DNA of 64,000 nt from Selaginella moellendorffii (lineage: Eukaryota > Plantae > Lycopodiophyta), in contig NW_003314337.1 in the NCBI RefSeq assembly GCF_000143415.4, forward strand, positions 699,234 through 763,233, read 5' to 3'. Numbering within the stretch: position 1 is the first letter of the stretch; each line of letters begins with the position of its first letter. Shown piece by piece: positions 25,319 to 35,993 of the stretch. The notes beneath the pieces were generated by a model. It worked only from the letters and a program-made list of their open reading frames with translations. It was not told the origin of the DNA and made no database searches. Made by a program: the position numbers and the translations under genes.

Positions 25319-28300
25319 TTAATGAATCTCACCTTGAACCCGGGTTATGAATGCTCTTGCTGCATCTCTTGCATGGTCTGGCAAGGTGATGGTGGCACTC
25401 TGCTTCCGCATCCAACCATGCACAACATTATCCACCGACATGCTAATGCTGGGATCCCTTGGATTCAGCACCCATCTCTTTTCTAGACAATCCTTCGTAT
25501 ATCCGGAACTTGGCTTGAACCACTCCACAGTTACATTGAAGGAGTTAGTTTCTGTGTCCTCCTCTGCATCAGTGATGCAGCGCCCCACCCATATCATTTG
25601 TTTTTTATTACTGGGTCTGACAAGCACAACCATTCCTTTGCAAACCTGTACTGGATTGAATGCTGAATCCGGCTTCTTGTTCCTCGGCCAACAATAATGA
25701 TCCTCAACATCGTTATCTGTCACTGCATTTCCAGAGGACATTGTTCCGCTACTATCTGGTGCTCTGGGTTCTGGCCAAAAGGACTCTTCCAATTCTTCAT
25801 ATACAACCGGCCCATTTTGGATAGCAGATATAATCTTCTCCCAGTATTCGAGCAAAGGCTTGCACCTCTGAAAATAGGATTCTCCACCAAACACCAACCC
25901 CCTCTTCCAGAAGGCAATATGCTGTCTAATCCCGGCCACTATACTTTCCTGGTCTTTGAGTCCATCCGGGTGCATCGGCCGTGGGGAACCCTGAGGAATC
26001 ATAGGTTCCCCAGTTATGGGATCTGTCTTGAAGAGTTCAATGCCGTCCACTGGCAGCCACACTGTGTCCCATTCTCTCATCTTGTAACTCATCACTGGAG
26101 CACCGTCACGCATGCTGAAATGAAACTGAAGAGGCTTGGAGTGGCCAATTAGCATTTCGGATCCGTCCCTGATGTAGCCTCTTACAAACCCCTTAAAGTC
26201 TGGAACCTCTGTCAGAAGTGCAGCTTCAACAGTGCCTTTGATGCAATTTTGGAATTCATCGTAGAGTTGTGGGAGGGTGAGGACATTGGATCGCCGGAGG
26301 GACTCTGCCAGGTGACTGAACATGGCATCCACGTCTTCATGAGTGTGCCCAACCATGAGAAAGCCAAGTGTAACCGTTTCAAATATGCCTTTGGCAACAA
26401 GCATCGCCAAGTACGCGAAGACGTACATGTTTTTGTTCTCACTGCCAGCATTGTCTGTTTGGAGCAGAAGATGGGGTGGAAGGCCACATCGGCCGCAAGA
26501 ACTTCCTTGAGATTCTGCTTCGTTTGGATGAGGCTGTGCATTCACCGGGCGACCAGCCTCGTCGGAATGGCATGAGGCCTCACGTGATAACCCTACAATC
26601 TGACGGCCAACATATTCACTGGGATGGCATGGGGCCCCACGCGATACTGCAAGCCTTTGCTCCTCCTCCAGCTGAACCCTGTATGGGGTTCGATCGACAA
26701 GGGCCTTATGCAAGGGTTGGCCGTTCAGCTCAGTCTGCGCACTTTGCAGAGAACTTAAGTGTTTTGCTAGGGACGCAATCATCATGTTTGCACCCCCGCC
26801 ACCCCATAGAGGTACAAAGAAGTTCCCATAGTTCTGGGCACCATGCCCATGAGCGATTATGCCAAACAGAGACACAGGCAGCTGCATGGATGAAGAGATT
26901 GCCTTGGGAGCAGGATTGAGTCGAGGTAAGCACGTCTTTTTCTGGTCCATTTTGTCGTGGATGATGCAGAGGTAAGAGTCAGGTCTCTCCATGGAGAGAA
27001 TCCTGTTATGATAATATGCAGTCCTGCAGCTTCTCTGCTCGATGTTGTGGTCGAGCCGCCTTCTAACCAACGTCTCTCGCTCTTGAGCGCTGCAAGAATT
27101 CTTCGACAAAGCCATTTTGATAGCAGTGCACTCGTCACACTTTGAAAAGCTGGAGTACTTTCCTATACTCACATCCCTGAACCTGTTGCTCCATAATCTA
27201 CTAAATCTAGATTGGCTCAGCTTCCTGTAGCCATTACTCTGGAGTTCCCGATTCACATCTTCCAATATGGCCCCCTTGGTATACATGGAAGGGAGAACTC
27301 GTTGGGTGTCTCGTGTTCCATCTTCCAAGAGGCGGGTTTTATGTGGTTGCTGCTCGCTACATGTCTCGACAAACCTCTTGAAGATTGCCTCTCCATATAC
27401 AACATGACCCCTGGTTTTGTGCGTACCGTCGTTCCCATGGACTGCCTGTTGAACCCTTTGTTCCTCGAACTCAGTTTTGATTCTGTAGAATGTGCTTCGA
27501 GGGACTCCATAAATGATTCTCCATGCCTTCATGCAGACCAAACCCCTCTGGAAGACCATGCCCCCCACCTGATGTTCTGAAGCATCAACAGATGACCGTA
27601 ATGCCTCATACACAAAATTGCGAGCTGCCTTCCAGGACAATGTCTTGTATCTTGCTCTCTCCTCTTCAATAGCATCCCAATCAGCATGTTGACAGCACCT
27701 CCTCTTGCAACAAGCAACTGTCGAGACCATTCGAACCTCCATCGCCATTTTCTGCCTTTTCGGTTCGTTGCTCAGATCCCTTTGGCTGCGCTTTAGGAAG
27801 GTGTACTTTCTTTTCCCATGAAGAGATGTTCTGTCATCAGTTGTAGTGGTGTTTGATTGTGAATCCTTCACATTCTCAAACACTAAGTGCCTCAATTTCC
27901 ACCGCACAATGCTTCCAATAGTCAGACTGTTTTCTTCTGTGTCAACAACCTCTAAAATCGCAACTCCAATATCATCCCAGCCCAATTCTTGATTAGCAAC
28001 CGCATCTCTTGGATCGACAACTGTGGCTAAGCCCTCAGCTACCACCTCCCCCTCGGGGTTGTTTAGAAACACCTTTGCTTGAATCCATGTAGCACGGTTC
28101 TTAAGATCCACGGAGGGAACATGCGTCGCACTTGCGCTGTCCCCAACATCTGCTTTCTTCTGAAGATTTTTCAAGGCAACAACAACATTTACCCCGACGA
28201 CCATCTCTCCTCGTTCAATAGCGACCACATTCCCATCGAAGACAGTCTCTACTGATACAGCAGCATTGCCTTCCCCAAGCCTTTGACAGTGTATAACAAA

Positions 28301-28387
28301 GTTCCGATCCATAGACACAAGGGTCCCTTTTGCAACTCTCTTCCCACCATTCAAAATGTAAACCTTTTCCCCAACCCTGAAGGCCAT
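25319..28387 (-). CDS. Sola-like (DUF7869-type) DDD transposase, 1022 aa, intact
   Basis: Catalytic-like motifs IIHDKMD, LQTDNAGSENKN, FLMVGHTHEDVDAMFS; KCDEC...H zinc motif; HTH-like YGVPRSTFYR. A splice acceptor (ttttctgcactttcag) lies 1 nt before the ATG. Confidence 0.85.
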   Translation of the reverse strand: MAFRVGEKVYILNGGKRVAKGTLVSMDRNFVIHCQRLGEGNAAVSVETVFDGNVVAIERGEMVVGVNVVVALKNLQKKADVGDSASATHVPSVDLKNRATWIQAKVFLNNPEGEVVAEGLATVVDPRDAVANQELGWDDIGVAILEVVDTEENSLTIGSIVRWKLRHLVFENVKDSQSNTTTTDDRTSLHGKRKYTFLKRSQRDLSNEPKRQKMAMEVRMVSTVACCKRRCCQHADWDAIEEERARYKTLSWKAARNFVYEALRSSVDASEHQVGGMVFQRGLVCMKAWRIIYGVPRSTFYRIKTEFEEQRVQQAVHGNDGTHKTRGHVVYGEAIFKRFVETCSEQQPHKTRLLEDGTRDTQRVLPSMYTKGAILEDVNRELQSNGYRKLSQSRFSRLWSNRFRDVSIGKYSSFSKCDECTAIKMALSKNSCSAQERETLVRRRLDHNIEQRSCRTAYYHNRILSMERPDSYLCIIHDKMDQKKTCLPRLNPAPKAISSSMQLPVSLFGIIAHGHGAQNYGNFFVPLWGGGGANMMIASLAKHLSSLQSAQTELNGQPLHKALVDRTPYRVQLEEEQRLAVSRGAPCHPSEYVGRQIVGLSREASCHSDEAGRPVNAQPHPNEAESQGSSCGRCGLPPHLLLQTDNAGSENKNMYVFAYLAMLVAKGIFETVTLGFLMVGHTHEDVDAMFSHLAESLRRSNVLTLPQLYDEFQNCIKGTVEAALLTEVPDFKGFVRGYIRDGSEMLIGHSKPLQFHFSMRDGAPVMSYKMREWDTVWLPVDGIELFKTDPITGEPMIPQGSPRPMHPDGLKDQESIVAGIRQHIAFWKRGLVFGGESYFQRCKPLLEYWEKIISAIQNGPVVYEELEESFWPEPRAPDSSGTMSSGNAVTDNDVEDHYCWPRNKKPDSAFNPVQVCKGMVVLVRPSNKKQMIWVGRCITDAEEDTETNSFNVTVEWFKPSSGYTKDCLEKRWVLNPRDPSISMSVDNVVHGWMRKQSATITLPDHARDAARAFITRVQGEIH

Positions 28388-28753
28388 TCTGAAAGTGCAG
28401 AAAAGAAGTTAAGACCATACAAAAAATGATTGGAGAATGGCCTAAATCATAACATACCAAACAACCTCAATAGCATGAGGCCACATGCCATTATTCAAAC
28501 ATGCTATTGACACCCACGTGAAATTTCGCATTCACAAAATTGGCATGAGGCCTCATGCCATCTTGATATACACACAGCTGCAGGCAAGTAAAAACATACA
28601 TGACAATACGCTAGCCATGAAATTGCAAGGGCCCAAGATGGCATGTGGCCTCATGCCATTTCTAAATGTGGTCCTAAGCCATTCCATGGTGAACATACCA
28701 GGAAGCACAAGTGCCGAATATCAAGAGGAAGCGGTAGCCACACCAAAGACAGT

Positions 28754-28860
28754 GCCGCTCGCAACACCGCAACTACTCGTAGCGCCGCTCGCAACACCGC
28801 AACTGCTCGTAGCGCCGCTCGCACAAACTGCCACTCGCATAAACTGCCGCTCGCAATGCC
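28754..28860. repeat. CG-rich 30-bp tandem repeat (gccgctcgcaacaccgcaactRctcgtagc) upstream of the transposase
   Basis: 2-3 tandem units; mirrored at ~53090-53195. Confidence 0.8.
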
Positions 28861-29706
28861 GCAACCGCTCGTAGACGCATAAACCACAGCCCACAACGCC
28901 GCTTACACAAGCAGCGCTCACTGCGCTCAGTGGAACCAAGAACACGGCGCACAAAAATGATAGACCTAGGAATGAGTTCGAGAATTCAAAAATAACACAC
29001 GCTTGAACGTCACATCAAATCCTCTGACAAACCAGATCTTATGATTCCTCTGACAAATTTCAAACTGAGTAGCTTCTAGACTTTGCTGTCGGAGGTTGAA
29101 CTTTGTCACATCATGTCCTTGCCTCGATCCAGCTGTGCCATGTCAGTGATTCGAACTTTGCCATGCCATGTCAGCGATCCGCGCCAAGATTATTCGACGT
29201 GTAAAGGAATAATTATGCTGTGTGTGTACGTCCATTTATGGCAATATAAGGCCACACGCCATTCAAAGAATAATGCTCGACATAAGGCCACACGCCATTC
29301 AAAGAATAATGCTAGTCGAGCATTTTTTGGTGCATTTCTGGGTTCAAAATTGCATGAGCCCACACGCTATAAAGTTTACCTGTACCAAAAATAGAAACAG
29401 CTTTATTTACTTGGGAATTTAAGTGGTTGAGGCATTTTTAAACTTACAAACACATGCCCTACTTACATTCCTTTGGTTGCTTAAAATTCAAAAATATTAT
29501 AAACCTTTCTTTTTGCATTTTCAATGTTTTCAATTATGGTTTTTGATTTTCGTAGGACCAGCCTAGTAATCTATTTGCATCCCGTCATGTTTATAGCTAG
29601 CTTTCGTTTGTCCCCTTTGCTAGCCTGAGATACATCTGCTCGGCATCTGCCTCTTACAGCATTTGCCCAGAAAGGGCATCTTTCTTCACGCAGCATTTGC
29701 CACATG

Positions 29707-29739
29707 TTTAGGGTTTAGGGTTTAGGGTTTAGGGTTTAG
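29707..29739 (+). repeat. Interstitial plant telomere repeat (TTTAGGG)4.7 / telo-box cluster
   Basis: Direct reading; shorter versions in copy 2 at ~51389-51408 and ~52241-52267. Confidence 0.95.
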
Positions 29740-31342
29740 CAATTCAGTAGCTTGATAAACATGCAAATACAGAACTTGATGCAAAATCCTTTGATATGTC
29801 ACAATGCCCCTAGGACCATAAACACATTTCAATAGAGAGGGTCCTTTCATTTCATAACTCCTTACGTAGATCTTGGTGAAACCAGAGTTAGTGAAGTTAG
29901 TTTCTTGTGATCTCACATCTGATTGTGATGTCCCTTTGCAGTTTCGATGGAAAGGTCAATGCACACCAAACTGTGAAATCTTGGAGCAAAATAACGGTCG
30001 GATCTATGGCAAATGCCCCTGAAACATTGTAAGGCTCGTGTGGTCTCATGTGGTGTCCGATCGAGATGCTTCTTTGCAGAGTCATCAAGAAAGACATTGT
30101 ATACCATTCTGTAAAATCTAGTTGCGATCTAACGGTTGGATCTCCAGAAAACTCAAAAAAATCTCGCGCGTGTCAGAATATTCTAGGAATATACTCCTAT
30201 GTGCCCCTGAAAATGGCATGCGGCCCCACGCCATTCAAGAGATAACGCCAGATGACGCCGAGAATTTTTTGGTGCATTTTTTGGGTTCAAAATTGCATGA
30301 GCCCACACGCTATAAAGTTTATCTTTGCCAAATAGAGAAAAGTTTATCTGTGTCATGTGAGGTAGTTACAGTCCTTTGTGCTCGGCATCTGCCTCTTGCA
30401 GCATTTGCACTGAAAGGGAATTTTTCTCCATTCAGCATTTGGCCCTGAAAATGGCATGCGCCCACACGCCATTCAAGGAATAACGCCACAGGACGCCTGG
30501 AGTTTTGGGTTTAAAATGTTTAGGGTTTTTTGGGTTTTTTCAAAATATTTTGGGTCCAACGTTTTTTGGGTTTTTTTGGTTCAAAATTGCATGAGCCCAC
30601 ACGCTATAATATTGATTTGAGAGAAAAATAGAAACAGATAGAATTTCTTTATTTAGCTGAACATCTGCCATTTTTGGAAATACAAGATGCTTTGGAATAT
30701 CCAATCATGCATGGTATAAATATAGCGAGGGTATTAAATGATATCCCAATCATGATCTTTCTTTTGGATTTCGCGTGCATGCAGTCCGAGGAATGATGAC
30801 GTTGCGGATTTCTTTTGGATTTTGCGTGCTTGCATGCGCGCGGCATTCCAGAAATTAATGGTGGCGCCCAAGTCCGAGGAATGATGACGTGGCGGGATTA
30901 CCAACCGTTGTGACATTTCGCGCGTGTGAGGTTAGGTTTTGCATTTTGCTTCATACTCGCGCTCGCACACTCGCGCTCGCGCTCGCATCACACTCGCGCT
31001 CGCATCGCGCTCCCACTCGCGATCACGCTCACATTCGCGATCACGCTCACATTCGCGCCTTCTCTACAGGTTTCTCGTGTGCATCGGCGTCCACTCGCGC
31101 TTGCATCACACTCGCGCTCGCATCGCGCTCGTGTGCATCGGCGTCCACTTTTGTAACTTTGCCGCCAACTCCGCCGCCCACTCCGCCACCCACACGCAGC
31201 CCACTTGGCGTCCCGGGAGATTTCAGCGCCACTCTCCAACTGTAAGTGGCAGAGTAGCCTTGCTGCTACGATCCGCTGCACACACAGTGCACATTCGCCA
31301 GCGAGTCCGGCCTCGATTGTCACGGCCTCCATTCGGCTTCTA

Positions 31343-34300
31343 ATGGTAAGTCTTTTAGGCCAAGTAGAAAATGGCATGAGGCCACATGCCATTCAGTAGC
31401 AACATTGGCATGCACCGATTGGGCTCTCGAGTGCAGTCCGGTTACAGATGGCGTGTAGCCTCACGCCATCTTAGGATGCAGCCTCAAGACATCTGATGCA
31501 GTGGTGAATGGCGTGTGGCCTCACGTTATTTCCAGCTGCTAGCTTTTCATCTGTCAGCTCTAATTGTTGTGCATTTCTGAACAGGCGAGGAATTGCGTTC
31601 TTCTTCCAGCCACTGTCAATGTGGATGCAGAGAAGGGGGAGGAGCTCACCAGTTGGACTTTCGGGATGGAAGGCGAGGATCTGATGCTGTACAACACAGA
31701 TGGTGGGAGAAAAGAATGCATGGGGATCCTCATCCAAGTGACAGACACTCCATGCAGTTCCATGCAAGAATATGGACTGGCACTTGTGGTAGAGACAGCG
31801 TCCGCCTTCAAGATCCACCTTGCACATCCTAGCGGCTTCCCGGAGGGGGGCAGCGTCTATGAGGTATTCCTAGAGGGAGCTAGGGAGAGGTTGTCCAGGA
31901 GGCCCACAATTTCAAAGACGCTGCAGGTCTATGAAGATCACATGGAATCCACGGACCTCACCTACGGCGATGTTCAAAAACTATATTCCAACATTGAGCC
32001 GTTGAGAGTGCCTCCAGTTTGCGAAGCGAAGGGGAAGGGGGTCGATCTGGAAACTACCCCGAAGCAGAAAAGGGTGGTCAAGCTCAAGCCGACGTCCGAC
32101 TCTGCTCCTCCAAAAAAGAAGCTACTCGGTGATGCCATTGCCTCGGGTTCGAACACTACACCCACCAAAAAGAAGAGCCGCAAAGAGCAGAAAGAGCAAG
32201 AAGAGGCAGCAAAAATCGTCGCAGATAATAGTACTTGTTACTATTCCAACAAAGTATATACAATCGACGTGAGCCGTATCGAGATCCAAAGCAAATACAA
32301 CCACAGGCTAGTATCTGATGAGTGGGTGGAGAAACTGAAGCAGAAGATGCTGGCAAGTCCAGTAACACCCGACATCGCAGACGTGATCCCCTACTACCGA
32401 ACAATGAAGGGCGAGACGAGGTTTCCAGACTTGATCAATAGGAAGGTGTTGGACGATCAGAACGTCCGGTTCTATGCCGTCTCCGGGCAGCATTCTAGCT
32501 TGGCGATGCAACAGATAGTTGTGGATATTATGGTGGGCGAGGAGGTGAAGAAAGTCTTCAAGACAAGAGTTGTCCGCCTGATAAAAGGCAACTCGCCCCT
32601 CCGATCTATCATATACATCTCCCACGCGCAGAATGTCAAGCAAGAAACGTGCTACAAATCGGGTCTGCACGAGACATTGGCACGAACACGGAAGCTCTGG
32701 GTTCAACTGAAGAAGCCACAAAAACCAGGACAAGGACGTGCACTAGCAACTAGCGCCTGGCAGGTAAGCCTCGTTGCATGTGGCATAGCATGTGGCCTCA
32801 CGCCATTTCCATTGCAGGAATTCTCGAGTCTTCTCTCGAAAACACTGGGGGTCAATGACACACTCAGCATCCATAACATTCTACTCGCGACAAAAGTTGT
32901 TTTTGACAAATGGGTAGATGTGCTGAGGAAGTACCATGACGGGGAGTTGCTAAACTCAATGGGTGTGGAGGACGGCCGGAAGCCCAATGATTTGAAGCTC
33001 AACGCCTTGCGTTTCTCGCGGTCTCTAGATGACGACGACCTTCTGACAGTGGCTAATGCTCTTCTACGTGGTGAGGTAGTCTTCAACAAGACCAAAATGA
33101 CTCCCGGCCATATTGTGACATACGAGGACTTGTGCAGGACTCTGAGAGCTCGTGCGCTATTGAAGGATTGGATCTTCGAGCAAGTGGCCGTGGAGAGGGT
33201 GAGCATCGACCGCACGCAAGAGATGATGGAAGAGCTGGCTTTGTCAAATGAAGACATCGACGCGTACGTGAAGGGGCCCCCAATTTCAATGTGCTAATGA
33301 GTTTGTTTTTAGTAGCACGGGAGGATACCATCTCAATCAAAGGGAGATATTTGGACATGCATATGGATCCGCTAGTGGACTCTACTTGCCTGCAAGAGTC
33401 ATCAGAGCTGGTGGAGGCTACTATCCATATCAACGCCAAGCAAGCTGACCACGCTCCACTTGATGCTGCCCATACCACTGAGTCAATCTTGTCCACGTAT
33501 CCAACTGACGGTGACCAGGCGCCATTGGACCCGCATGAGGCCGCCCCAGCCGCCGAGCCGGTCGTATCCTCATTTCCAACGTGTGCCCAATCGTCTGACT
33601 ACGCGCCGTTGGAACCTCCCTACACCACCCCTGCTGCCTGTTCGGTCATGTCCACTTTGCCAACGGAGGCACCAGTTGAAATGGCGTGTGATCACACGCC
33701 ATCGGAACCACCCCATGCCACTGTTGAGCCAGTTGTACCAGAGTCTACAGCTGAAATGGCATGTGCCCACACGCCATCGGATGCGATTGACCCCACATTG
33801 CAGAGGAGAGTATTTCCGCCCTTCACGTTTCCTCGACCAAAACCCTCTGAACGACCATCGGGAGCACCATTCGCTAATATTGTAGATGGTAAAATTGACT
33901 TGTACCATTTTTTATGCTAACGCATTTCATTTCAGAGTCACGGCGAAAGTACTGTATCGTTTTTGATCTGAACGGTGTCCTTTTCTCCCATGAGCGTGGC
34001 TCGTCCTCGAATGTCACTGCACCCTCCAAAGCCTGCGGTCGCAAGTTGGTCAAAAGAGACAGATTCACATTAATCACACGGGAGAAACTGCGGGATCTAA
34101 TAATGACCATGCGACACTTAAAACAGAGGGCCGGGTTCAAATTGCAATTGGGAGTTTGGACATCCATGATGCGCCACAATGCATTAACGTTGCTACAGAT
34201 GATGCACGATCAGACGCGAGTAATATTACCATTTGACTTTCTCCTAACGCAGGAGGATTGCTTGACTATGGTCCATGTGAGGGGTAGCAAGCCCATCTTC

Positions 34301-34798
34301 GTCAAGGCAGAGGCTGTAGTGATGAACCGGACTGCTAGGTCAAGTGAACTCCTCATCATCGATGACTCGCCGATTAAAACTGCAGCGAACATGCACACAT
34401 ATGCAGTGCACCCCATCTCTTGCAGTATGGAAACTAGGGAGAAGAAACCGTATGTTCTGGGGGACCTTGCAAAACGGCTTGAAGCGATGGTGATAGAGAA
34501 CCGGCCAGTCCAGGAGGTGGCTGCAGAAATCAACCAAATGGCAGATGGAACGGTATATCAGAAGCCATTTGATCGGACAGACACCAGTCATCATTTATGG
34601 CATGTATATTGTCTAGCCAAGCACTATCCACATCTCCATAATCTGCTCAACCGGATGGGTTCTTCGACCACTGAACATGAGCGTGGACGTATTAGAGAAG
34701 AGATGGCATTACTATTGGGCTTAATTCCTGATAGTGTGGAGAGTGATGAAATTCCAAGGTTATTGTATAGGCGTTGGAGGCAAAAAATAACAGTCTGA
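31343..34798 (+). CDS. Spliced multidomain accessory gene: PH-like / ParB-Srx-like / Pro-rich linker / FCP1(NIF)-type HAD phosphatase; internally deleted near 33285
   Basis: ATG|gtaagt intron 31346-31584; in-frame intron 32764-32817; phase-1 intron 33889-33935 joins ORF 33291 to ORF 33914. Motifs YNHRLVSDEWVEKLKQKM...YAVSGQHS and IVFDLNGVL, VWTS, IIDDSPIK. Confidence 0.72.
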
Positions 34799-35231
34799 GA
34801 TGGCATGTATTTATTTAAAAATGTAACTTATTATGGCATGGGGTTCCATGCCATTGTATTAATATTAAAAGACAATTCTTTGAGAGGATTTGCATTTACA
34901 GCATGTTATTGGAAGTCTACGAAGTTGTTTTATTAATAAGGGGAAAGTAAAGATTGAATGGGGACTTGGGCTCCACCTAGACTCGGAGCAACTGAGCCAA
35001 TATTAAAAGGATGGAAAGAAATTGGACGACGATGACAAGGAGAAGAGAGAGGTGAAGCAGTGGCAGGGGGAGGAGAAGTGATTAAGTAGACATTTCCTTG
35101 TTTAAAATAAAATGGCATGTGCCTCAATGCAGTTGAATTTTGTTATATTTATATACTATATAAAGATTTGGAAACCTTATTTTACAAGTGGGATAATGAC
35201 AATTCCCACTTTAATGAAATAGAGCTTAGTA

Positions 35232-35393
35232 GAGGTTATTTTGGATACACACTGGCTTAAACGTGCCAAACATCAAGAGTATCTAGTTAAGTGGAAAGGT
35301 TACCCAATTTGTGAATCAACTTGGGAGCCTCTTAGTAATCTTACCCATGCTCGTGAGCTTGTCACGGAGTATAAGAATAGTAATAAAGACTAG
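35232..35393 (+). pseudogene. Remainder of the family C integrase chromodomain
   Basis: EVILDTHWLKRAKHQEYLVKWKGYPICESTWEPLSNL. Confidence 0.9.
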
Positions 35394-35993
35394 CTTTTGT
35401 AAACTTTATAATAAATTTTGCAAATTAATAAAGTAATATATTTCTATAAATCAACATGTTATTCCTCTCGTTCATTAGTACTTGGGTCAGTTTTGGCAGG
35501 CTGACTTCGGTGCATAGGTCCAATCCATAACCATGAGGATAACTATTATAGATTGATTACAAGTCCCCACCTCTCTCTCCATGACTCACTTTTGAAAAGA
35601 GGCATGGTTGTGTAAACAATTTAATCTGTCAGTTTATAATACTTATCTAAATCTTCCTGATGGGGTTGATTTTTTGCTCAGGGGCAGTTAGGCCTTTGGC
35701 CTTTTCCCTATATCCCTATGGGCAGGGATGTATCATTCCTTTATAAGTCGAGTAGTACTCGGAGCAACAAGGGTGGCTAACTCCGTTAGTCATTTCCTTG
35801 TTGGTGACAGCTGGAGGGTGTCTGAGTCTTAACGTTTTTGGACATAGAGGAGAGGTCGTTACATAACTCATTTAAGTTGGTGTGTTTCCCACATAGTGTG
35901 TTTTTCGTTAACTTTAGGAGTTGTTTCCTCAACAGTTTGCTAGACTCAGGTATACATCGATGAGGACGTCGATCTTCCCCAAGGGGGGGAGAG

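Larger units (their letters stand above)
23688..35227 (-). mobile_element. 11.5-kb TIR DNA transposon, Sola-like DDD transposase plus accessory gene (copy 1)
   Basis: TIRs aagctctatttcgttaaagtggga / tcccactttaatgaaatagagctt. TSD AGTA (23684-87, 35228-31). Removing the element restores the chromodomain KYEV|EVILD. Confidence 0.93.

Noticed and set aside
28470-28659. Clustered palindromes as CRISPR repeats or independent mini-MITEs
   Set aside because: Irregular spacing, variable centres, no individual TSDs, no cas genes.
29707-29739. True chromosome end
   Set aside because: Only ~5 units, internal to both transposon copies.
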